From Alphaproteobacteria bacterium (GTDB taxonomy: Bacteria; Pseudomonadota; Alphaproteobacteria; RF32; CAG-239): a stretch of DNA of 27,562 nt. Made by a program: the position numbers and the translations under genes. This document shows positions 1-9,040 of this stretch, piece by piece. The notes beneath the pieces were generated by a model, which saw nothing but the letters and a program-made list of their open reading frames with translations, made no database searches and was not told the origin of the DNA. How positions within the stretch are numbered: the first letter of the stretch is position 1; the number at the start of each line of letters is the position of its first letter. The stretch lies in assembly GCA_045590435.1 (NCBI GenBank), contig JAZNQW010000171.1:1-27562 (forward strand), read 5' to 3'.

Positions 1-1308
1 GAAGGACCGTCAATAGAAAAGGCCGAGGAAATTTTGGAAAAAATGTTGCAGGAAGGACTGGCCAAATTTGAGAATGAAACCTACCGTAAAAAATTCCATT
101 TTTTCCCATCATATACAGAATACGATTTATATGATCAGGCATACGCCTTTAACGAAGACGGAAAGCGCAAAGACGGCAAAGCCAAATTTACTTATACTTG
201 CAAATTATTTGTGCGGAAGAATAAAGATGGCAGTTTATGCTTCAGTTACCGTACGCCGAATAATAAAAAGGTTGATGAATCCATTATTGATGCATTGTGC
301 GGTGCCTTCAAAGACATGGGATATACGCACATTAATTTCCCTGTTGGAGTGCCGAATGCAGAGAAGGGTGTTTGGCGCAAAATGTTGGCAGAAAAAGGCA
401 TTGTGCCGAGGGGTATGGGACTTGATCGCTCTAAGGTGGAAGGCATGTTGGAAGCCGCTAAAAAGAAGCTGACAACAGAGCAATTGGCGGAATATAAATA
501 TCGTTTAGCGTTGGAAATGACAGCAGCCAATCAACGTAAAGGTAAAAAAGTTGATGATTCCGAGCAACAGTTTATTGACGGATTGATTAAGTCATACCAA
601 TATCGCGCATTTACCAACGGTTTTGCAATGTGTATGAAAGGCAAAATGACGCGGATTCTGCGTACTGAAAATCAAGATACCGGCGCTATTGATAAAATTG
701 CGGCTTTCCGTGCTATGCGCCGAGTGTTTGATGTTTATAAAAATGCCATTGACGGCAACGGCAATATAATGTCAAGCCCTGTATTAACGGCGGAAGAAAA
801 ACAAATGATGCAACAGCATCAGCCGCCGATAAGCGGTTTGGCGGAGAACTTGTCGCCGGAGCAAATGGGGGCTTTGTATGATATTTTGATGAAGCGTTGC
901 CAGAACGAAGCGAAAGAAAAGCTGTATAAAGAATTGATTGAAGTGCGTGAAAGTGCGGTGGTTGGTGCTAAGCGTGCGGATAAAATCATTATCGGTGATT
1001 TGTATAAAGCGGCACGCAACCAATGCAACAGTATTAATGACGATTTGCAAGCTGAAGGCGTGGATGAAATCGGATTACCAAAATCGTTTGACGTGCCGAT
1101 GGAATTTGATCAATTCAAGCGCGATTATGAGGAGCGTGTGCGTAACAATAATAACTCAAACAGTGGTAACAGAGGTAATGGCGGTAACAATAATAACGGT
1201 CCGCAAAACAGCAGTCAGAACAGAAATACCGGCAATGATACGGATTCGGATGCCAATAACAGCATGGGCAGCAGAGCCTCTCGTTCATTTGGGCGCACCG
1301 AGTATTAG
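1..1308 (+). CDS. Hypothetical protein, 5'-truncated by the window edge; possible LPD7-like segment; Asn/Gly/Ser-rich C-terminal tail
   Basis: Frame 1 is open from base 1 (EGPSIEKAEEILEKMLQEG...), so the TTG at 34 is not the true start. Stop TAG at 1306-1308, followed by a hairpin terminator. Confidence 0.8.
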   Translation, partial: EGPSIEKAEEILEKMLQEGLAKFENETYRKKFHFFPSYTEYDLYDQAYAFNEDGKRKDGKAKFTYTCKLFVRKNKDGSLCFSYRTPNNKKVDESIIDALCGAFKDMGYTHINFPVGVPNAEKGVWRKMLAEKGIVPRGMGLDRSKVEGMLEAAKKKLTTEQLAEYKYRLALEMTAANQRKGKKVDDSEQQFIDGLIKSYQYRAFTNGFAMCMKGKMTRILRTENQDTGAIDKIAAFRAMRRVFDVYKNAIDGNGNIMSSPVLTAEEKQMMQQHQPPISGLAENLSPEQMGALYDILMKRCQNEAKEKLYKELIEVRESAVVGAKRADKIIIGDLYKAARNQCNSINDDLQAEGVDEIGLPKSFDVPMEFDQFKRDYEERVRNNNNSNSGNRGNGGNNNNGPQNSSQNRNTGNDTDSDANNSMGSRASRSFGRTEY

Positions 1309-1331
1309 AACGCCGCAAGATTTAACCACTC

Positions 1332-1363
1332 ATAAACCCCCACAATTTATTGTGGGGGTTTAT
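1332..1363. terminator. Bidirectional intrinsic terminator between convergent ORF1 and recA
   Basis: Perfect 14-bp inverted repeat ATAAACCCCCACAA-ttta-TTGTGGGGGTTTAT, followed by T residues on + strand. Confidence 0.85.
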
Positions 1364-1389
1364 TTTCAATACGGTTTTGAAATTATTGA

Positions 1390-2418
1390 TTAATCAGCCT
1401 CATCCAAAGGTTCGTCATCACCAATCATTTCAGTGGTAAGATGACCGGCATCAGCACGAATTTTAGCTTCAATTTCATCAGCCACAGTTGGATTATCCTT
1501 TAAGAACTTCTTGGCATTTTCCCGACCTTGACCGATTTTTTCACCGTTATAAGAGAACCAAGCGCCTGCTTTTTCAATAATACCGGACTTCACACCCAAA
1601 TCAATCAACTCACCGGTTTTGGAAATACCTTCACCATACATAATATCAAAATCAACAGTTTTGAAAGGCGGCGCCACTTTGTTTTTAACAATTTTAACGC
1701 GAGTTTGCGAACCGATCACATCTTCTTTATCTTTAATAGCGCCAATGCGACGAATATCAATACGCACCGAAGCGTAAAATTTCAACGCATTACCGCCGGT
1801 TGTGGTTTCCGGATTGCCAAACATAACACCAATCTTCATACGAATTTGGTTGATAAAAATAATCAACGTATTTGAACGTGCGACAGTTGCGGTTAATTTG
1901 CGTAAAGCCTGACTCATCAGGCGCGCTTGCAAACCCATGTGCGAGTCGCCCATTTCTCCTTCCAGCTCTGCCTTCGGAACCAAAGCAGCTACCGAGTCGA
2001 CAACCATAACATCTATGGCGCCGCTACGCACCAATGTATCGGCAATTTCAAGAGCTTGTTCGCCGGAATCCGGTTGCGAAATAAGTAAATTATCTATATC
2101 TACACCGATTTTTTTGGCATAAGACGGATCCAGAGCGTGTTCTGCATCAATAAAAGCACAAGTACCGCCTTTTTTTTGAGCTTGAGCTACCACACTGAGA
2201 GCCAATGTTGTTTTACCGGAGCTTTCCGGACCGTAAATTTCAATAATTCGACCTTTTGGCATACCACCAATTCCAAGTGCAATATCGATTCCCAACGAAC
2301 CGGTCGAAACAGCCTCAATATCAATGTTTGTATTTTGCCCGAGGCGCATAATCGATCCCTTGCCGAAAGCCCGTTCAATTTGGCTGAGGGCCGCTTCCAA
2401 CGCTTTATCTTTCTCCAT
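1390..2418 (-). CDS. recA: Recombinase RecA
   Basis: GPESSGKTT Walker A, VVDSVAAL Walker [29 protein letters not shown] signature; AAGGA RBS upstream. Confidence 0.99.
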   Translation of the reverse strand: MEKDKALEAALSQIERAFGKGSIMRLGQNTNIDIEAVSTGSLGIDIALGIGGMPKGRIIEIYGPESSGKTTLALSVVAQAQKKGGTCAFIDAEHALDPSYAKKIGVDIDNLLISQPDSGEQALEIADTLVRSGAIDVMVVDSVAALVPKAELEGEMGDSHMGLQARLMSQALRKLTATVARSNTLIIFINQIRMKIGVMFGNPETTTGGNALKFYASVRIDIRRIGAIKDKEDVIGSQTRVKIVKNKVAPPFKTVDFDIMYGEGISKTGELIDLGVKSGIIEKAGAWFSYNGEKIGQGRENAKKFLKDNPTVADEIEAKIRADAGHLTTEMIGDDEPLDEAD

Positions 2419-2509
2419 TTTTCAATCCTTAAAAAAGTTACTTCTCATTATATAATGCTTATTTTTTTGCAAAAACACAAATAAAGATTGTGTTTATCCG
2501 CTGAAATAT

Positions 2510-2538
2510 ATATTGTTCTAATTTTGTTCTAAAAGCAA
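2510..2538 (-). promoter_or_regulatory. Putative recA promoter (-35 TTGCTT, N17, -10 CAATAT)
   Basis: Minus strand TTGCTT(2538-2533)-17 nt-CAATAT(2515-2510); the LexA box lies in the spacer. Confidence 0.5.
2515..2529. promoter_or_regulatory. Alphaproteobacterial LexA (SOS) box GTTC-N7-GTTC
   Basis: GTTC(2515-2518)-TAATTTT-GTTC(2526-2529), about 100 bp upstream of recA; matches the established alphaproteobacterial direct-repeat LexA operator. Confidence 0.85.
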
Positions 2539-2691
2539 GAAAAAAATAACAGTAAGAACAAATTTTTTTCAGCAACGGTAAAATGTATTTTAGGAGCATA
2601 CGATACGAGAGCTATTATATTGTGAATAAAGTAGGAAAACAGCACAATGGAAACAGAAACATATGATATAAAAATATTAGGGGGAAAAACA

Positions 2692-3507
2692 ATGTTGAAA
2701 CATGCTTATCAATTATTAGCTTCCGAATATCAAAAATGTTGTCGAATTGTGCAGGGAGATGAATATTTAACACTTTATGCAAATGAAAAATATCGCCATT
2801 CGTTACAGGTGATGGGGGCCGCCAATTATTTGCTGCAACACATCAGTGAGGTGCAAGGCATATCGGCGGAAAAACTTGAAATTATTAAAACTGCAGTGCT
2901 TTTGCACGATATCGGTCGATTTACGGAAATTGCCCTTCATTTGAAATCACAAAAATGTGATCATGGGGTGGTAGGTGCGGAATTTTTGCAATCTTTGTCG
3001 CAATTTAATGAGATAAGGATTTGGTTACCTGTTAGACATCATGGGCATTTAATTGAGGAGTTATATGCCGACGAACAATTCAGACAAATAGAGAATAAGG
3101 CATTACAAAAGGAAGTTGAGCATATTTGTTTCATTATTCGTGATGCCGATAAAATAGCTAATATGAATATGTTGACGCACGAGGAGAATATTTTACCGTT
3201 ATTTTTGGGTATTAAAAAATATAATCCGCAAGTTGACGGAGTTCTTTCTCCGGAAGTTTTACAGGAGGCGTTTGAAGATCAAACAATTACACGCAGTTAT
3301 TTAAAAACAGCGGCTGATTTCAGTGTGTGGTATATATCATGGTTCAAGGATATAAATTATCAGATAGCGATTGATTTCTGTAAAAAACTTGATATTTTAC
3401 CGAATTTATTGAAAATTTTGGATAAATACTGTATGGATGAAAAATTCAAGCATGACTTTAATGCACATATATGGAAATATGCGGAAGAGCGTAAGTATTT
3501 ACCATAA
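2692..3507 (+). CDS. HD-domain metal-dependent phosphohydrolase
   Basis: Motifs RHSLQV, LLHDIGR, DHG, RHH, RDADKIAN. ATG at 2692 follows GGGGG; an alternative in-frame ATG lies at 2647. Confidence 0.85.
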   Translation: MLKHAYQLLASEYQKCCRIVQGDEYLTLYANEKYRHSLQVMGAANYLLQHISEVQGISAEKLEIIKTAVLLHDIGRFTEIALHLKSQKCDHGVVGAEFLQSLSQFNEIRIWLPVRHHGHLIEELYADEQFRQIENKALQKEVEHICFIIRDADKIANMNMLTHEENILPLFLGIKKYNPQVDGVLSPEVLQEAFEDQTITRSYLKTAADFSVWYISWFKDINYQIAIDFCKKLDILPNLLKILDKYCMDEKFKHDFNAHIWKYAEERKYLP

Positions 3508-3540
3508 TTAAGAGCACAAAAAGGTAATCAGAGAGACTAT

Positions 3541-3966
3541 TTAATGACCGAATTGGTGTGCAAATTCCAATTTTGAAATGTGATTAATGGTTTGAATTTT
3601 TGTATTTTGCAAAATAAGTGGAAGCTCAACGGAAACGAAAGTGCTGCGTGGATGGGCATTTTGTACAAATGCTGTAACGTTGCCGGATGCGGCCAGAATA
3701 AAACGTTTAGATGCAATAGCCCAAATTGCCATTATCTCCGCCGGCGGATTTTGGTTGCCGGTTTCCAGCCCCATAGCCATAAGTCGTTGGCCGCATGTTG
3801 TATTGTCCAACATATAAGATTCGGGGTGAGTTTGCATATATTGCAGAGCCGCGCGCTTATTTTCATCTGTCGGTTGATAGCTGATGCTGTAAAGCACAAC
3901 AGTGTCAGGTGGAGTGACAACGTCAGCGGTTAAGGCAATTTGCCGCGCTTGTTCTAATTTATTCAT
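3541..3966 (-). CDS. Stand-alone ADP-ribosyl cyclase/CD38-like NAD+ glycohydrolase-fold protein (predicted)
   Basis: VVLYS, YMLDNTTCG, IWAIASKRFILAASGNV and STFVSVEL parallel CD38 ILLWS, [26 protein letters not shown] and STFGSVEV in the same order. Start overlaps the HAD gene stop. Confidence 0.7.
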   Translation of the reverse strand: MNKLEQARQIALTADVVTPPDTVVLYSISYQPTDENKRAALQYMQTHPESYMLDNTTCGQRLMAMGLETGNQNPPAEIMAIWAIASKRFILAASGNVTAFVQNAHPRSTFVSVELPLILQNTKIQTINHISKLEFAHQFGH

Positions 3967-4639
3967 AAGTTTTTCCTTTTGTCGGTGTCATGGTTAAAAA
4001 AGGAGTTATGGCTTTAGACAACGTATTTTCAGCGCTGACCAATGAACCGTTCATACCGATTTTTTGTGCAGATTCAATATTCAGCAGAACATCATCAAAT
4101 AACATGGTTTCTTGAGGCTTAATATGAAAGCGGCGGCAAAAAAGACTAAGACCGTCTTCACTTTGTTTAGGGTGAAAATAACCATTGTGTAAAGAAGCCG
4201 TAATATCAAAAACTTGAATATTGCTTCGTTCAATTTCCGATAAAGAGCGATTGAAAAGTCGATTCGTAATTTGAGCCAAATGTGGGCGACTGTTGTTGCT
4301 TAGAATGGCTACATTATACTTTTGTGCCATATTTTGCAGATTTTGCCAGAGCGGTTTGTTCGGTTGAATACGACTGTAATCGATATTGGCCGTCATCTTT
4401 TCGCAGAAATGGTCAAAACTGTAGTTTTTATAACGGCAAATTTCCAAAATGTAATTAAACAACCCACGGTGATTATCGGCGACAGTGGCTTGCGATATTT
4501 CATTCTGCTCATCACCGCTGATTGCCAAATCTTCCCGATAAACCTTTTTCATAGCATCAATAATTTCTTTGGTAGGCAAAGCCGAAATCGGATACAGAAC
4601 ACCGTCACAATCAAAAATCAGGTTTTTAATTTCAGGCAT
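3959..4639 (-). CDS. HAD-superfamily hydrolase, pyrimidine 5'-nucleotidase (SDT1)-like
   Basis: Motif I FDCDGVLY, motif II LSNNS, motif III Lys (HPKQ), motif IV LFDDVLLNIESAQKIGM. ATG at 4639 overlaps the upstream stop by 8 nt. Confidence 0.85.
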   Translation of the reverse strand: MPEIKNLIFDCDGVLYPISALPTKEIIDAMKKVYREDLAISGDEQNEISQATVADNHRGLFNYILEICRYKNYSFDHFCEKMTANIDYSRIQPNKPLWQNLQNMAQKYNVAILSNNSRPHLAQITNRLFNRSLSEIERSNIQVFDITASLHNGYFHPKQSEDGLSLFCRRFHIKPQETMLFDDVLLNIESAQKIGMNGSLVSAENTLSKAITPFLTMTPTKGKTYE

Positions 4640-5237
4640 TAGATGCCTCGGCATCGGCCGTTGCCGCATCCGTATTTTTTTTCATTAACGGACGTCTGCC
4701 ACGGCGCGGTTTAGCCACCGATTCGTCAGTTGGCAGTTGTTCTTGCGGGGTTGAAACTTCAACCAAAGTAAATCCGCGTCGACGCATTCTCGGTTTATTT
4801 GTTTGATTGTCGGCAGATGCGGCAACTTCTTCTGTTGAAGCATTCTGTTTGGCATTCTGAGGAGTAGCTTCTGCAGGAGCCGCCGCCTCTGTTTCAACCA
4901 GCCCGTTATTAACCGGTGTTTCCTCGGTAGGGGATTGCTCTTTATTATCAGTGCCGCTTGCCGTGCGATTGTCACGATTTTGATTTTTACGCTCATTAAT
5001 TTCCGTTACGATCTTGCGATAATGCTCGGCATATTGACGGAACACTTCCATTTCCACATAATTACCATTGCTGTGTGCTTCTTTAGCCAGTTCATTATAT
5101 TTTTTTATTAAATCAAGTGCGGTGCCGCTAAACTTTCCGGCGGAACAAACACTGTCAAATTTATAATTCAATGAATAAATAGTATTGTTACTGTTGTTAT
5201 TGTTATGAAACTTTTGCCCGTTATTAATTTTTCTCAT
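4632..5237 (-). CDS. DUF4167-family protein with disordered C-terminal tail
   Basis: GTALDLIKKYNELAKEAHSNGNYVEMEVFRQYAEHYRKI resembles the alphaproteobacterial DUF4167 core (GTAQQIxEKYxxLARDAxxSGDxVxAENYxQHAEHY), followed by an A/E/T-rich tail. Confidence 0.75.
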   Translation of the reverse strand: MRKINNGQKFHNNNNSNNTIYSLNYKFDSVCSAGKFSGTALDLIKKYNELAKEAHSNGNYVEMEVFRQYAEHYRKIVTEINERKNQNRDNRTASGTDNKEQSPTEETPVNNGLVETEAAAPAEATPQNAKQNASTEEVAASADNQTNKPRMRRRGFTLVEVSTPQEQLPTDESVAKPRRGRRPLMKKNTDAATADAEASNA

Positions 5238-5320
5238 TTACAAACCATTCAAAAAAATAAGCCTGTTGGCTTCTATTAAAATTAAACCAAAATTGAGCGA
5301 CAAAAAACATGCTCAAGTTC

Positions 5321-5349
5321 TATATACGCATTTTTTTTAATTTCTGCAA
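5321..5349 (-). promoter_or_regulatory. Putative promoter of DUF4167-HAD-ARC operon (TTGCAG-N17-TATATA)
   Basis: Minus strand TTGCAG-AAATTAAAAAAAATGCG-TATATA; exact 17-nt spacer. Confidence 0.55.
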
Positions 5350-5403
5350 GGCTTTTTTTGTATTTATGATAAAATATAGATAAAGTGGTTAAGGACATAA
5401 AAT

Positions 5404-5432
5404 AAAGGCTGAAGCATATAGCTTCAGCCTTT
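5404..5432 (-). terminator. Intrinsic terminator of 5452-6135 gene
   Basis: 12-bp perfect inverted repeat AAAGGCTGAAGC-N5-GCTTCAGCCTTT, with T-rich run downstream on minus strand. Confidence 0.8.
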
Positions 5433-5451
5433 GTAAATCAAAGAGTTAATC

Positions 5452-6135
5452 TTACAAGCCACCTGTCATAAAGTAGCATTTCTGCTCGGTTTGATACAAG
5501 ATCTCCAACATGGCATAAAAACATTTAAAGTCGTTGACACAACTTGGTCTGGTGTAAGTCACGCTGTGATAGTTTCTATTTTCATCAATCGGCAAATTGA
5601 CTTCATCTCTGTTGCAAGGTAGGCCATGTTTCAACCGATAACGATATTCGGCGACCGTAATATCGGAATATTCGTCTTGTTTGGTCCAGCCGGGCATGTG
5701 TAACTTCAGAGATTTCTGCTGTTCTTTGGAAAGCGAGTTAACCAATTTTTGCGCCAAGAATACCAGATTGTTGCAAACAATGCTTAATCGCATCAAAACA
5801 GGAATCAGTTCCGTTTGAGCGGGTGGTTCGCACTTACACCACAATTTGGTCACCAAATCAAAACACGGCTCTTGCAGTTCTTCCAGTCGCCAATACATCT
5901 TGCAGAACACTTCCAGAAGGTTTAACGCGCCTTGGCTGTCAAGCACAACATTGCCTTTTAACAATTGCTGGCAATAATCAGCAAATTGGTGCGGTTGTAA
6001 ATACTTTAATAAGCATGAACCTTCATCTTCATTGAGGACACACTCGTGGTAATAAATGTCAGCAATAGTTGCATCAGGTCGTTTGTTTTTCAGCAACTGC
6101 GGACATCTTACCATAACATTTAAAATCTGAGTCAT
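5452..6135 (-). CDS. Hypothetical protein (227 aa, Cys/Leu-rich, probably helical)
   Basis: Long ORF bounded by its own promoter-like sequence and terminator; ATG 6135 (TTG 6141 alternative); no recognised motif. Confidence 0.7.
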   Translation of the reverse strand: MTQILNVMVRCPQLLKNKRPDATIADIYYHECVLNEDEGSCLLKYLQPHQFADYCQQLLKGNVVLDSQGALNLLEVFCKMYWRLEELQEPCFDLVTKLWCKCEPPAQTELIPVLMRLSIVCNNLVFLAQKLVNSLSKEQQKSLKLHMPGWTKQDEYSDITVAEYRYRLKHGLPCNRDEVNLPIDENRNYHSVTYTRPSCVNDFKCFYAMLEILYQTEQKCYFMTGGL

Positions 6136-6178
6136 AGGCAATTGTATTAAAATAAATAATTTTCATAATCATTATAAA

Positions 6179-6216
6179 TTAAGCCGCAGTCTAATAAACA
6201 TACGGCTTAAAGTCAA
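6179..6216 (-). promoter_or_regulatory. Overlapping hairpin (possible terminator of ftsH/helicase-like unit) and sigma70-type promoter TTGACT-N17-TAGACT
   Basis: Arms TTAAGCCG (6210-6203) and CGGCTTAA (6186-6179); -35 at 6216-6211 abuts the arm, -10 at 6193-6188 lies in the loop. Confidence 0.55.
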
Positions 6217-6237
6217 GAAAAATGTAGGTCGCCTCTA

Positions 6238-7059
6238 TTAAGAAGCCTCTTCTGCCAAGTCTATTTTCAAAAGCAAAAAGTCTGGTGTTTTGCGGCCGAA
6301 AGTATGATATTTTTTCATCAGACTTAAGGCTTCGCTGTCTTTAGTGCTGTAATCACGTTTCTTTTTTGCAGTCCCTCGATTGGTGCTTGCTTCGATTCCG
6401 GTATTTACCATGCTTCCTTCATCACTATTGTCTTCTGCTTGTTCTGTTTCTGCTTCCTTATCTTTATCGACTTTAATTTCAGCCGGTGTTTTCAGGATTT
6501 GATCCAGAATACTTTGCGTTTCTTTCGAGCGACGATTGGTAAATACAATATTTTGTTTATCAGCCGGCAATGCCGCCAAAACGGTTTCTAAATTTTTCAA
6601 CTGATGCAATTTTTTAATTAAATTAATGTCATCCACCACCAAAATATCGGTTTGCGATAAATCAACTTTACCTTCATTCATCAAATCAATTAATAAGTTT
6701 GGTGAGGCAATAATAACATTGGCTTCATCATCAATATTTTCTTGATCGTCGGTAATGGTATTTTCGTTAATTTCGTGATATTTATTAAATACGGCAAAGC
6801 GATCGGACACGCTGACAGATTGTTTCGAATTAGCAGTGATAATCAAAATGTTTTTAGCACTGCGGCGCGAAATAATATCAATCAACGGCAAAACATAAGA
6901 ACAGGTTTTACCGCACCGTGCCGGCGCAATTGTAAAAACATCTTTACCGGCTAAAATTGAAGGGATAACATCTGCTTGCACCGTAGTTGGCGCATTTAAG
7001 CCGGCCTCATTAATAGCTTTGATGGTTTTTTCACTTAATCCCAAATCTGTAAAATTCAT
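6238..7059 (-). CDS. DEAD-box helicase N-terminal-domain-only protein with degenerate motifs
   Basis: Q motif (FTDLGLS...PTTVQ), motif I APARCGKT, motif II position VVDDIN, motif III position FTN; no second RecA domain. True start ATG 7059 with AAGAAGGA RBS; the ORF-track extension to 7185 overlaps ftsH. Confidence 0.75.
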   Translation of the reverse strand: MNFTDLGLSEKTIKAINEAGLNAPTTVQADVIPSILAGKDVFTIAPARCGKTCSYVLPLIDIISRRSAKNILIITANSKQSVSVSDRFAVFNKYHEINENTITDDQENIDDEANVIIASPNLLIDLMNEGKVDLSQTDILVVDDINLIKKLHQLKNLETVLAALPADKQNIVFTNRRSKETQSILDQILKTPAEIKVDKDKEAETEQAEDNSDEGSMVNTGIEASTNRGTAKKKRDYSTKDSEALSLMKKYHTFGRKTPDFLLLKIDLAEEAS

Positions 7060-7081
7060 TTTTTTATCCTTCTTATAAGTC

Positions 7082-8947
7082 TTAGAATTCAGGCACCGAA
7101 GCCTTCGTCTGTTTTTCCGGAGCAACCGGTGTTTGTTCGGTGCGATCAATGGTTTTTCCGGCAATAATATCTTTAATCTCATCACCGGTCAATGTTTCAT
7201 ATTCTATAAGCGCTTGCGCTAATTTTTCCAAATCAGCATCATTTTCCCGCAAAATACGCATAGCTTCATCATGTGCCTCTGTTACCAAACGCTTAATTTC
7301 GGCGTCAACCAAACGTGCCGTATCTTCGCTCATATTCTTATTTTGCGTAACGGCACGACCCAAAAATACTTCATTGGAATTTTCTGCATAAAGAACCGGT
7401 CCGAGAACATCACTCATACCCCATTCGGTAACCATAGAACGTGCCAGATTCGTAGCCGCCGCAATATCCGAAGATGCGCCGGAAGTGACTTTACCGTAAC
7501 CGAATTTCAGTTCTTCACTGGCTCGACCACCCATACAAATAATCAATCGAGACAGCATCTTGGCACGCGTATAAGAATATTGGTCTTTTTCCGGCAACTG
7601 TTGCACCATACCCAGAGCGCGCCCGCGAGGAATAATTGTGGCTTTATGAATAGGGTCTGTTTCGGCCACATGTAACGAGCAAATGGCATGACCTGCTTCA
7701 TGATAGGCTGTCAATTTTTTCTCATTTTCATCCATGGCCATAGATTTACGTTCATTACCCATTAATACTTTATCTTTAGCGTTGTCAAAATCTTCAGCGG
7801 TTACCTTACGTTTGTTGCGTCGCGCTGCCAACAATGCGGCCTCGTTGACTAAATTGGCTAAATCTGCCCCCGAAAATCCAGGGGTGCCCCGAGCCACAAC
7901 GGACAAGTCAACGTCGCGTGCCAACGGAACTTTACGCACATGAACATTCAGAATGGCTTCGCGTCCTTTAACATCCGGATTGCTGACCGTAACTTGGCGG
8001 TCAAATCTACCCGGTCTAAGCAAAGCAGGATCCAAAACATCAGGACGGTTCGTTGCTGCAATTAAGATAACATTTTCATTAGCCTCAAAACCATCCATTT
8101 CCACCAACAACTGATTTAATGTCTGTTCGCGTTCATCGTTACCGCCACCTAAACCGGCACCGCGGTGACGACCAACCGCATCAATTTCATCAATAAATAA
8201 CAGGCAAGGGGCATTTTTTTTGGCTTGCGCAAACATATCGCGCACACGCGAAGCTCCTACACCGACAAACATTTCCACAAAGTCAGAGCCGGAAATGGAA
8301 AAAAACGGCACATTTGCTTCACCGGCAACTGCTTTGGCTAATAATGTTTTACCGGTTCCCGGCGGTCCGACCAAGAGAACCCCCTTCGGAATTTTACCGC
8401 CTAAACGTTGAAATTTTTGCGGATCTTTTAAAAAATCAATAATTTCTTCCAATTCTTGTTTGGATTCGTCGGCACCGGCTACATCCTTAAAAGTGACTTT
8501 TTTATTGCTTTCAATCAATCGTGCACGCGATTTTCCGAAGCTCATGGCTTTATTATTACCGGCGTTGGCCTGACGCATAAAGAATACCCAAACACCAATC
8601 AAAAGTACCATCGGAAACCACGAAATCAGAATGCTCCAAAATGTTTCACTGGAAGTATCTTGCGGCTCGGCATCTACTTTAACCCCATTATCCAGTAGTG
8701 TTTCAACTGTGGTCGGACTATACGGGGCATAAGTTAAAAACTTGTTGCCGTCGGTGGTTTGTCCGGAAATTTCCGCACCGCGAATGGTTACATTCAGAAC
8801 ATGCTTATCTTTAACGTTCTGCATAAATTCCGAATAAGCGACTTTGGTATAGCCGCTGTTTAAACTCTTATTTTCAGACCACCCCAAAAGGACGGTTAAT
8901 AAAACAAAAGCCGCCAACCAAATAATTATATTTCTACCGAATTTCAT
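7082..8947 (-). CDS. ftsH: ATP-dependent zinc metalloprotease FtsH
   Basis: Two N-terminal TM segments, [38 protein letters not shown] zinc motif. Confidence 0.99.
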   Translation of the reverse strand: MKFGRNIIIWLAAFVLLTVLLGWSENKSLNSGYTKVAYSEFMQNVKDKHVLNVTIRGAEISGQTTDGNKFLTYAPYSPTTVETLLDNGVKVDAEPQDTSSETFWSILISWFPMVLLIGVWVFFMRQANAGNNKAMSFGKSRARLIESNKKVTFKDVAGADESKQELEEIIDFLKDPQKFQRLGGKIPKGVLLVGPPGTGKTLLAKAVAGEANVPFFSISGSDFVEMFVGVGASRVRDMFAQAKKNAPCLLFIDEIDAVGRHRGAGLGGGNDEREQTLNQLLVEMDGFEANENVILIAATNRPDVLDPALLRPGRFDRQVTVSNPDVKGREAILNVHVRKVPLARDVDLSVVARGTPGFSGADLANLVNEAALLAARRNKRKVTAEDFDNAKDKVLMGNERKSMAMDENEKKLTAYHEAGHAICSLHVAETDPIHKATIIPRGRALGMVQQLPEKDQYSYTRAKMLSRLIICMGGRASEELKFGYGKVTSGASSDIAAATNLARSMVTEWGMSDVLGPVLYAENSNEVFLGRAVTQNKNMSEDTARLVDAEIKRLVTEAHDEAMRILRENDADLEKLAQALIEYETLTGDEIKDIIAGKTIDRTEQTPVAPEKQTKASVPEF

Positions 8948-9040
8948 TGATTTTTCCTAATTTATAAAATTTACCGCATAAAAATCATTCCTACTACTTA
9001 TATAATTTTAAATTTAAGAAAACTCAAGCATTTTTATTAT

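Noticed and set aside
1144-1200. Phase-variable simple sequence repeat (poly-Asn here and near 5185-5207)
   Set aside because: The AAT/AAC codons are mixed, in frame and short; this is protein low complexity, not a slippage tract.
5452-6237. Frameshifted helicase C-terminal domain downstream of the DEAD-like ORF
   Set aside because: No motif IV-VI (e.g. ARGID, HRIGRTGR) is visible in the translated ORFs, and the DEAD-like ORF already ends in a tail-like motif.
7060-7185. N-terminal extensions given by the ORF track (6238-7185, 3959-4669, 16232, 20156-21016, 20946-21413)
   Set aside because: They overlap neighbouring genes or promoters; downstream ATGs with RBS match the family N-termini.
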